Positions 9,972 to 17,444 of a stretch of 64,000 nucleotides of DNA are shown piece by piece (position 1 is the stretch's first letter; each line of letters starts with the position of its first letter). The stretch spans positions 3,456,001 through 3,520,000 of the forward strand of contig OZ219866.1 in assembly GCA_964291675.2 (NCBI GenBank), written 5' to 3'. This stretch comes from Alphaproteobacteria bacterium. GTDB taxonomy: Bacteria; Pseudomonadota; Alphaproteobacteria; MPNO01. Both the position numbers and the translations under genes were made by a program. The notes below the pieces were generated by a model. That model worked only from the letters and a program-made list of their open reading frames with translations, was not told where the DNA came from and searched no databases.

Positions 9972-12044
9972 TCAAGTGTCTGAAAACATTGACATCTGAT
10001 CCCGACATGAAGCGCGACGCGGGTCTTTCCGCAGTGCCAGGGCGTTGGCGACCCGCTCGGAATGGAGGTCTTTGGCCCTGATTTGCCAGGGCGCTCCGGG
10101 AACGAGTTGCGTGGCAGGTAGCGTTCCATCCTCGATCAGGCGCCTGAGGGTATGGCTGGTCGTGCCCAACTCTTTCGCCGCCTCGGTCATGGTGCGCCAG
10201 TCGCCCTGCTTGTCCGCTGAGAGGTAGCCGTCGATCCCGTTCACACGCCGGATCGATCCGACCCGGTGAGCGGTCCAACTCTTGTGCTGCCCGGTCCGCA
10301 TACCCATCCGGTTGAGCGACGCGGCGATATGTTCGTCCGACCATCGCCCGGCCATGCTGCGTATCACTGCCAGAGCTTCCTCGGGCGTTCGGCAGCCATG
10401 TTCGCCGCTCTTGGGCTTGCGGACCCTGAGACGGGAATGACGGCCACCCATCCAGTGGATCGTCAGCAGGACGTCACGCGCCTCTTCGTCGACATCGACG
10501 ATTATGCCCATGATCAGGGTGCGCACGAGACGCTGGCGGGCGCGCATGCTCACCCCGGGCGCGTTCCAGGCGGCCTTCAGGTCGTCGGCAAGTCCGGCCA
10601 GGTCGGGGACAGTGGGCCGCGGCGACGGCATCGCGCCCAGCCTTGCTTCGCACGCCTGGACGCGTCGAAGCGCTGCCTCCCAACTCTTCTCCAGCTCGGC
10701 GGCGATCAGCCGGTTGTCCGGATCGCAGGCGGCGTAGCGCCGCTCGGCGAGCGCCGCCTCGTAGCGGGCTTGCTGCAGATCCAGCTCGGCCACCCGTTGC
10801 TGTTCGGAAAGACCCTCCGCGTTCATCCGCTCGGCTTCCAACGAGGCTTCCACCGCCATGGGCTCCACGACGCGGAGGATCTCATCGGCAACGGCCGCAT
10901 CCACACGCGCACCCCCGAACCCCAGACAGGGCTCTAGCTCGAGCTGGAGGTGTCGCCGATTGCAGCGGTAGACAGGATTGCCGGGCGTGCGACCGGAATA
11001 GGCAACGCTCATCGTGCGTCCGCAGCGTGCGCAACTGAGGAGGCCGCCAAGAAGCGCCCGCCCGCCGCGCCCCGACTTCGTGCCCCCCGCCTTGCCGAAG
11101 GCATTGGCGGCGAGCTGCGCCTGGTTGCGCTCGAACTCCGGCCAGTCGATGTAGCCCTCGTGATGGTCCTTCAGCACGACCTCCCATTCCGCCATCGGCT
11201 TGCGGTGTCCATAGCTCTTGCGCACGCGCCCGTCGACGATCTCGGTCCGCCGCTCGCTTTTGCCGTAAGCGTAGACCCCGGCGTAGAAAGGGTTCTTCAA
11301 CACCGAAATTACGTTGCGATAGCGGATCGGCGTCCAGTCGAAGGAGACCATTGTCCTGCCATCCGACGGGCGTGGGAAGCAAAGCTTCTGCCCGCTCAGC
11401 GCCAGCAACACCTGCCGCGCGCTGCCAAGCTCGCGAAACCGGGCGAATACCTGACGGATCGCTTCCTGAACCCGAATGTCGGGGTCCAGCCCCAGCCCGG
11501 CCTCGGGATGCCAGACGTAGCCGATCGGGACGCTGATGCGAAGCTCGCCGCGGGCGGCCTTGGAGCGGGCGGCCTCGAACATCCGAGCGCGCAGAACGCC
11601 GAGTTCGAACTCGCTGATCTGGCCCTTCATGCCGAGCAGCAGACGATCGTTGGGGTGGCGAGGATCGTAGATGCCATCCTGGTCGATGACGCGTGCCTCG
11701 ACGAGACCGCAGAGCTCGAGAAGATGGTGCCAGTCCCGGCCGTTGCGAGAGACCCGCGAAGCCTCGAAACAAAGCACGGCTCCAACGTCCCCGGCGCACA
11801 GCCAGGCGACGAGGCGCTCGAAACCGGGCCGCGCAACGGCACCGTCCGCCGACAGGCCCTGATCGTCGTCGATGACTTCGACCCGGGCAAAGCCGTGCCC
11901 GCGCGCCACATCGACGAGATCGTATTGGCGGCGCTGGCTCTCCAGATTGTTCCGCATCTGCTGGGGCGTGGACTGACGGACATAGACCACGGCCTTGCGC
12001 GTCAACACCGATCGCGGCAACGCTTCAGCGACGCCCATCGTCAT
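9972..12044 (-). CDS. Large serine recombinase (resolvase + recombinase + Zn ribbon + C-terminal HTH)
   Basis: AVVYVRQST, EASRVSRN, NPFYAG, CARCG, DPDNRLIAAELE. Confidence 0.92.
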   Translation of the reverse strand: MTMGVAEALPRSVLTRKAVVYVRQSTPQQMRNNLESQRRQYDLVDVARGHGFARVEVIDDDQGLSADGAVARPGFERLVAWLCAGDVGAVLCFEASRVSRNGRDWHHLLELCGLVEARVIDQDGIYDPRHPNDRLLLGMKGQISEFELGVLRARMFEAARSKAARGELRISVPIGYVWHPEAGLGLDPDIRVQEAIRQVFARFRELGSARQVLLALSGQKLCFPRPSDGRTMVSFDWTPIRYRNVISVLKNPFYAGVYAYGKSERRTEIVDGRVRKSYGHRKPMAEWEVVLKDHHEGYIDWPEFERNQAQLAANAFGKAGGTKSGRGGRALLGGLLSCARCGRTMSVAYSGRTPGNPVYRCNRRHLQLELEPCLGFGGARVDAAVADEILRVVEPMAVEASLEAERMNAEGLSEQQRVAELDLQQARYEAALAERRYAACDPDNRLIAAELEKSWEAALRRVQACEARLGAMPSPRPTVPDLAGLADDLKAAWNAPGVSMRARQRLVRTLIMGIIVDVDEEARDVLLTIHWMGGRHSRLRVRKPKSGEHGCRTPEEALAVIRSMAGRWSDEHIAASLNRMGMRTGQHKSWTAHRVGSIRRVNGIDGYLSADKQGDWRTMTEAAKELGTTSHTLRRLIEDGTLPATQLVPGAPWQIRAKDLHSERVANALALRKDPRRASCRDQMSMFSDT

Positions 12045-12210
12045 CCTCCTTCACCGGGGCGGTCGCCGCTTCCAGAAGCAACCCGGCCACTGCGCTCACC
12101 ACCGCGTCTCGTTCCTCCGAGCTCAGACCGCGCAGCGTCGGTGCGTCGAGCGGCATGCCGAGCTGTCGGGGTTCTCTCGGCGGTCGCGCTGTTACAGGCA
12201 AAGACTTCAT
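12025..12210 (-). CDS. Small protein overlapping the recombinase start
   Basis: MKSLPVTARPPREPRQLGMPLD...LLLEAA with GAGGAG Shine-Dalgarno; same frame as the longer 12025..12543 ORF. Confidence 0.6.
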   Translation of the reverse strand: MKSLPVTARPPREPRQLGMPLDAPTLRGLSSEERDAVVSAVAGLLLEAATAPVKEDDDGRR

Positions 12211-12526
12211 CGCGCTCCTCTCCGCTAACGGTTCCGTCATCGGGGGAGCTATGTCGAAAACCTGGCCGACGAGAAGCTCGTGAAGTGCGGCGAGGGCGGC
12301 CGGGGAGGCACGCGGCGCGCCGATCTCCATGCCGGCGCATGACGCAGGATCAAGCATCCAGGCGGGTATCTTGATGATCAGCCCCGGCTCTACCTCGACG
12401 GAGGCCATGAGGCCGTCTGCACGCTGTTCGATAACTTCAGGGCGTACTCGCCGACCGAACAGTGCGTGCCAGCGGTAGTGGATGACGCAATCCTGCCCGA
12501 TATGGGCAGAATGAATGCGCGATCGC
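12211..12526 (-). CDS. Accessory ORF body whose start lies at the other element end (completed on excision)
   Basis: IHSAHIGQDCVIHYRWHALFGRRV...IPAWMLD; in frame with ATG at 9957 across attP. Confidence 0.55.
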
Positions 12527-12856
12527 CCTGGGCCGCAAGTCATGGCTCTTCGCCGGCTCGGACCGCGGCGGCGTACGCGCGGCGGCGATGTACACGCTCA
12601 TCGGCACCGCCAAGCTCAACGATGTCGATCCGCAGGCCTGGCTCGCCGACGTGCTAGACCGAATCGCGGACACGCCGCAGACCAGGCTCGAAGAACTCCT
12701 CCCCTGGAACTGGGTTCGGGAACAGAAGCTCGATCAGGCCGCATAGAGCCTGCCCCCGCGAAGGCGGGGGCCAGATCGCACGCGGACCGTTTCGCTCCGA
12801 GCCAGCTGCTGCTCAAAATCAGACTGAATACCCCTGCGGTCTTCGGCGGATGCTTA

Positions 12857-14773
12857 GAGTGCCAGGCTAACTGGTGGAAGGGTAGCGGGTGAAAGTCCCG
12901 CGAAACGAAAGGAGTAGCCAACCACGTTTCTCCGCGAGCCGTGCATCGTCGGCCGTGAGGCCGGGGGTGAAGCGTCGGTAGCGGTGCATGCGGGCAGGGA
13001 TATTGAGCGCCGAAAACGAGATGGTCCGAAGTGCCGAGACGTTTAAGCTCGTCGAAGGCAACATCGTCCACACCGCAATATGGCGAGGTGTGGGGGAGCT
13101 TCGCGGCGTCGGGGACCCCATGCACGCATGTAAGCCCACCACCGGGACCTGGGAGGTCTTCACACTGCCCCGATGGTCGTATCGGGGCCGCGAAGGGAAG
13201 GAGGTATCCGAAGCCTGAGATGAACGGAGTGAAGAAGTCGGACGGGGCCATAGTACCGTCGAAGCGGGCGAACAACGGGGCGCGAGCCTCTGCGGAGTCC
13301 GTGGAGGAAAGGGCCTCGACCAAGGGGAATCCGCGAAGCGAAAGCACGCGCCGGACGCAGAGCCGGGAAAGCGTGACCCAGGCCGCCGAGCGGATACGTC
13401 AAGCTGCAACGAGGAAACCGCAGGAGAAACTGACGGCGCTCCTGCATCATGTCACGCCGGACGCGCTGCGCTGGGCCTTCCACGCGCTGAAGCGGGACGC
13501 CGCGGCGGGGGTGGACGGCATGACATGGGCCGAGTACGCGAACGGGCTGGAAGAGCGGCTGCTCGACCTGCACCGGCGCGTACAGTCCGGGGCGTATCGG
13601 GCGCCGCCGGTCCGGCGGGTAGAGATACCCAAGCCGGATGGCGGGACACGACCGCTCGGCGTCGCCGCGCTGGAGGACAAGATCGTCCAGAAGGCGGTGA
13701 CGGAGATCATCCTGACGCCGATCTACGAGCCGGTCTTCCTCGGCTTCAGCTACGGGTTCCGACCGGGGCGCGGGGCGCATGACGCACTCGACGCGCTTGC
13801 TGTCGCCATCAATCGGCGGAAGGTCAACTGGGTGGTCGACTGCGACATCCAAAGGTTTTTCGATTCTGTTTCGCGGGACTGGCTCGTCCGGTTCCTTGAG
13901 CACCGGATCGGGGATCGGCGGGTGATCCGGCTGATCGCCAAGTGGCTGAAAGCCGGCGTCATGGTCGATGGCCGGTGGGAGGACACGCAGCAGGGCACGC
14001 CGCAAGGGGCGATCGTCTCAGCCACGCTGGCGAACGTGTATCTGCACTATGTCCTCGACCTCTGGTTCCATCGCAAGTGGCGGCCCGAAAGGGCAGATGG
14101 CGATGCCATCATCGTACGCTACGCCGATGATGTGGTCGTCGGCTTCCAGCGCAAGAGGGACGCGGAACGCTTCCTGCATGCGCTTGGGGAACGGCTCGGC
14201 CAGTTCGATCTGGCCCTGCATCCGGCCAAGACCCGGCTCATCGAGTTCGGCAGGTTCGCGGAAGTGGACCGCCGGGCACGGGGGCTGGGCCGCCCGGAGA
14301 CGTTCGACTTCCTGGGCTTCACGCACTATTGCAGGACGACCAGGAGCGGGCAGTTCGGGCTCGGACGCAAGCCCGTTGCAAAGCGGATGAGCCGCACCCT
14401 GAAGCGCATCGCGGAGGTTCTGCGGCGGCGCAGGCACCACGACCTCCACGAGGTCGCCCGGTGGCTGGGGCGGGTAGTCAACGGATGGCTGAACTACTAC
14501 GCCGTCCCGACGAGTGCCCGCTTCCTGCGAAGCTTCACCTACATCCTGAAACGGATATGGCTGAAGGCGCTGCGCCGACGGTCGCAACGGGATCGCTTCA
14601 GCTGGCAACGGCTGCAAGCCCTGGTTGACCGATACTGGCCCAAGCCATGGATCCGACACCCGTGGCCGGGGCAGCGGTTCGACGTCAAATACCCGAGGTA
14701 GGAGCCGGATGGCTTAACGGCCACGTCCGGATCTGTGCGGGGGGCGCCGGGAAACCGGCGTCCCTACCGCGAC
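12857..14773 (+). mobile_element. Group II intron 1 (1,917 nt) in IS66 right inverted repeat
   Basis: 5' GAGTG (GUGYG variant); domain V GAGCCGGATGGCTTAACGGCCACGTCCGGATC; domain VI ending CCCTACCGCGAC; EBS1 loop TAAGC 13044-13048 pairs with exon GCTTA. Confidence 0.88.
13220..14701 (+). CDS. ltrA: Group II intron reverse transcriptase/maturase (no endonuclease domain seen)
   Basis: AAGVDG, IPKPDGGTRPLG, FSYGFRPGR, GTPQG, RYADD, FDFLGF; start uncertain. Confidence 0.93.
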   Translation: MNGVKKSDGAIVPSKRANNGARASAESVEERASTKGNPRSESTRRTQSRESVTQAAERIRQAATRKPQEKLTALLHHVTPDALRWAFHALKRDAAAGVDGMTWAEYANGLEERLLDLHRRVQSGAYRAPPVRRVEIPKPDGGTRPLGVAALEDKIVQKAVTEIILTPIYEPVFLGFSYGFRPGRGAHDALDALAVAINRRKVNWVVDCDIQRFFDSVSRDWLVRFLEHRIGDRRVIRLIAKWLKAGVMVDGRWEDTQQGTPQGAIVSATLANVYLHYVLDLWFHRKWRPERADGDAIIVRYADDVVVGFQRKRDAERFLHALGERLGQFDLALHPAKTRLIEFGRFAEVDRRARGLGRPETFDFLGFTHYCRTTRSGQFGLGRKPVAKRMSRTLKRIAEVLRRRRHHDLHEVARWLGRVVNGWLNYYAVPTSARFLRSFTYILKRIWLKALRRRSQRDRFSWQRLQALVDRYWPKPWIRHPWPGQRFDVKYPR

Positions 14774-14774
14774 C

Positions 14775-15032
14775 CTTGCGCAGTTCGGATTGCGCGTTGA
14801 AGTAGTCGACGCAACTGCTGACAAAGATATTCGCGCCGGCCCTGGCGGTCGCCTCGATTGCCGATTCGAACATGCGCGGCGCCTTGTTCACGCGCCCGGT
14901 CTCCGACACCTCGGCAAGGATGCCCTGCGGCACGCGATCCAGAGCCCGCATCACCCGGGTTGTGACGTGTGGTAGCCCACCACTCGCCCCTTCGTAAGCG
15001 CGCCACCAGCGCACTTTCCACATAGCCAGCAC
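14775..15032 (-). pseudogene. Hypothetical ORF truncated at the IS66 end
   Basis: Open frame (..MRALDRVPQGILAEVSETGRVNKAPRMFESAIEA..) running into the IRR; no family recognised. Confidence 0.3.
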
Positions 15033-15067
15033 CCCCTCTCGGGGGCCGCGGCTTCGTTCAAACAGGT

Positions 15068-15097
15068 TCAGCAGGCTCGCTCACGCGAACCTGCTGA
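15068..15097 (-). terminator. Stem-loop downstream of the FGE gene
   Basis: Minus strand TCAGCAGGTTCGC-GTGA-GCGAGCCTGCTGA. Confidence 0.45.
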
Positions 15098-15166
15098 GCC
15101 CTAAAGATTTGCGCGGCTCCCCTTCCATGCCCGGTTCCCGGGTCGGGCCCGCGAAATAATCCCGCG

Positions 15167-15181
15167 GGGGGCTCCGCCCCC
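15167..15181 (-). other. GC hairpin with GGA loop, DGR target-recognition-like
   Basis: Minus strand GGGGGC-GGA-GCCCCC, about 27 nt after the FGE stop codon. Confidence 0.65.
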
Positions 15182-15208
15182 GGACCCCCGAGGTAAACAA
15201 GTAAGGAC

Positions 15209-16159
15209 TCAAGGCGTAAGCGTCCGGGCAACGCGGAAGCCGAAGGTGACGACCCGATTCCCGACACTGTACCCGAGGCGGATGGCGGAACGGAGGAACC
15301 ACGGTATGTTGCTCCACGAACCGCCGCGCAATATGCGCTCCCCGCAATCACCGCCCGCCACCCAAGCGCTGCCGTCCGACGGTGCGCCCGCATAGTCACT
15401 GTGCCAGCAGTCCTCGACCCATTCCGATACATTGCCCGACATGTCATGCAAGCCGAAACCGTTCGCCGCAAATGAACCAGCCGGAGCCGTTTCACGGCCG
15501 TCCCAGCGGCTGCCGCAGCCGCGGCAGTTCGCCCGGTTCCGGCCCACCGAATCCCCCCAGCTATAGCGCGTCCGCGTCTTCGCGCGCGCCGCATATTCCC
15601 ACTCCGCCTCCGTCAACAGCCGGTACTCCTTCCCCGTCTTCCGCGACAGCCACGCGACATACGACCGCGCTTCGTTCCAGTTCACATGGATGACCGGCCG
15701 ACTTCCACGGCCCCAGCCCTTGTCATCGGGGCGATACCCGTCGCACCCGCCAGCGGATACGCAGGTATCCCATTCCGCAAACGTCACCTCGTGTTTGCCC
15801 ACCGCAAAGGGTTGCGAGATCATCACCTCATGCTGCAGGACTTCATCTCCGTCACGGCCTACTTCCGACCTCGGCGAGCCCATGACGAACGAACCCGCCG
15901 GCACCACCACCATTTCCGGACAGGACGGGCAATCCCGGAATGTTTCCCCCGCCTTCGGCCCCACTTCCGCTTCGGCCAGCAGCGCCGTCGGAACAAACCC
16001 CGCACGCCCGCCTGCCTCGACACGGCCCGCTGCGTCATGCAGCGCAATCTCTTCTGCTGCCTTTACAACATCTTCAACGCTTCCGGCTGTTCCGTGGCTG
16101 GCAAGAAGCGAAGCGGCTACGAAGGCCACGGCGGAGAGGGTACGGGCTATGAGTTTCAT
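15209..16159 (-). CDS. Secreted FGE-sulfatase (SUMF1)/CLec-fold protein, probable DGR target
   Basis: Signal peptide; FRDCPSCPEMVVVPAGSFVMGS, RLLTEAEWEYAARA, NGFGLHDMSGNVSEW, RGGSW...GFRVARTL. Confidence 0.9.
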   Translation of the reverse strand: MKLIARTLSAVAFVAASLLASHGTAGSVEDVVKAAEEIALHDAAGRVEAGGRAGFVPTALLAEAEVGPKAGETFRDCPSCPEMVVVPAGSFVMGSPRSEVGRDGDEVLQHEVMISQPFAVGKHEVTFAEWDTCVSAGGCDGYRPDDKGWGRGSRPVIHVNWNEARSYVAWLSRKTGKEYRLLTEAEWEYAARAKTRTRYSWGDSVGRNRANCRGCGSRWDGRETAPAGSFAANGFGLHDMSGNVSEWVEDCWHSDYAGAPSDGSAWVAGGDCGERILRGGSWSNIPWFLRSAIRLGYSVGNRVVTFGFRVARTLTP

Positions 16160-16246
16160 GTTGGCACCATCATCAGATCGTTTGTCGTCGGCGCGATCCG
16201 CTTCAGTATCTCATTGTACTGCTCTTCGTCCTCGTCCCACTCAGGC
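16156..16246 (-). pseudogene. 3' remnant of upstream gene cut by IS66 copy B
   Basis: PEWDEDEEQYNEILKRIAPTTNDLMMVPT*, with TGA overlapping the FGE ATG (ATGA). Confidence 0.45.
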
Positions 16247-16779
16247 GTAACCCTCCGCTGAGGACCGCCTTTTGTCAATCGGCTTTCAATACTGACCCCC
16301 TATATCGGCGTGCAAAATTAACCCCCTGAGAGGCACGGCGGAGGTTGTCCCGGTAGCCAATAGGGGGGACCCGCGCGGCTTCGTGTAGCGCCTTGCGTTA
16401 CGCGAAGCGAAGCCGCGTGGGGGGTCCCTGTTGGCTACCGGGGTATCGCCCTCGGAAGACGCAGTTGGTTGTTCGCCGGCTCCGACCGCGGCGGCGCCCG
16501 TGCGGCGACGATGTACACGCTCATCGGCACCGCCAAGCTCAACGATGTCGATCCTCAGGCCTGGCTCGCCGATGTGCTCGGCCGCATCGCCGAGACGCCG
16601 CAGAGCCGGCTCGACGAACTCCTCCCCTGGAACTGGGTCCCGGAGCAAAAGCTCGATCGCGCAGCATAGAGCCGGCCCCCGCGAAGGCGGGGCCGGACCC
16701 CGCCCGGCGCTTAATCGCCAGCATCGCCCCGCCGACAAACTCAGCCCGAATTAGCCCGCGGTGTTCGGCGGATGCTTAC
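16247..16779 (+). mobile_element. IS66 copy B, internally deleted (533 bp): IRL + IS21 end + tnpC 3' end + IRR
   Basis: GTAACCCTCCGCTGAGGACCGCC; GIALGRRSWLFAGSDRGG...LLPWNW (about 16442-16669); TTCGGCGGATGCTTAC. Confidence 0.85.
16273..16442. mobile_element. IS21-family terminal remnant with long hairpin
   Basis: TGTCAATCGGC start; two ATCGGC..AA.A.T.ACCCC repeats; hairpin CCCGGTAGCCAA (16349-16360) / TTGGCTACCGGG (16431-16442). Confidence 0.65.
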
Positions 16780-16787
16780 ACGCTGAA

Positions 16788-17410
16788 CACCATGGCGGTG
16801 GTCTGGTCGGCCTCGATGAGCGCGCTGCAGAACCCGCGCCAGCCCATCTTCCTGCGCGAGACCGCGAAGGCGACCGCGCCCACCGCGCCGATCCCGCCCG
16901 CCTCGGTGGGGGTGCCCGGCACCTTGGTGAGGTGCTTGACGTAGGGCGTCATCTTGAGCTTCCAGACGTCGCCGATCGGGAAGACCAGCCCGTCGACGAT
17001 CCCCTTGGACACCACGTCGAACGCCTTGACGCCCGGCGTGAGTACGACCGCCGCCCCGTCCGGCCGACCGCCTTGGCGACGTCGCCCGGCGGCGAGCGCA
17101 GCTTCATCCGCTTCATGTCCGCCACCGACAGGATGGGGTCCTTGAGGCTGAACAGCTCCCCGCCGCCATGCATGACGTAGCCGAGGAACTTGACGCCCTT
17201 GTGCTGGTTCTTGGCCTCGAAATACTTCTTGTGGGTGCGCCAGAGCGCGGTCGCGGTCGAGGCCGCGTCGGTGATGCTGAAGGGGAGCGTGCCCACCTGG
17301 TCGAGCGACAGCCGCTTGCGCTCGAAATTGTTGTACATCACCGTCGCATCGGCGATGCCGGAGGTGATCATCTTCCACTGGCGCGGCGCCGGCGCCAGCG
17401 GTTGTCTCAA
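16788..17410 (-). pseudogene. Decayed TRAP locus: frameshifted dctP fragment fused to mid-dctM fragment
   Basis: DMKRMKLRSPPG...GIVDGLVFP (DctP) joins TPTEAGGIGAVGA (DctM) near 16915; frameshift near 17055. Confidence 0.75.
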
Positions 17411-17444
17411 TCCGCGGACATGCTATCGGCGGGATTCGGGAGGT

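Larger units (their letters stand above)
9944..12526 (-). mobile_element. Large serine recombinase integrative element (2,583 bp)
   Basis: Shared crossover GC at 9942-9943 and 12525-12526; reconstituted attP GCAGAATGA-N10-GC-N10-TCATTCTGC is symmetric. Confidence 0.85.
8562..12746 (+). pseudogene. tnpC: IS66 transposase TnpC split by serine recombinase element (8562-9943 + 12527-12746; 533 aa when joined)
   Basis: LHGDDTP, CWAHSRRKF, TNNAAERALRGIA | LGRKSWLFAGSD...LLPWNW; joined length 1602 nt is in frame. Confidence 0.9.
3204..14774 (+). mobile_element. IS66 copy A (about 2.66 kb net), interrupted three times
   Basis: IRL at 3204, tnpA-tnpB-tnpC, IRR GGATGCTTA (to 12856) completed by C at 14774. 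Confidence 0.85.
3204..16779. mobile_element. IS66-bounded composite transposon (13,576 bp) with nested elements and cargo
   Basis: Left end GTAACCCTCCGGCG, right end ...TTCGGCGGATGCTTAC, flanked by 8-bp direct repeat; removal restores the dctM frame (..TTAMVFSV-AFGAII..). Confidence 0.88.

Noticed and set aside
12749-12772. CCCCCGCGAAGGCGGGG hairpin (also near 16676) as a separate repeat family
   Set aside because: Both copies sit at the same place after the tnpC stop, so they are homologous parts of the two IS66 copies
15216-15232. GTAAGCGTCCGGGCAAC resembling an IS66 terminal repeat
   Set aside because: It is the antisense of the conserved VARTL codons of the FGE gene, with no TSD or partner end; likely coincidence
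13031-16159. Complete DGR made of the RT at 13220 plus the adjacent FGE target
   Set aside because: The RT lies inside a group II intron with domains V/VI and EBS1, and no template repeat or avd was seen; adjacency is explained by the intron homing into the IS66 end
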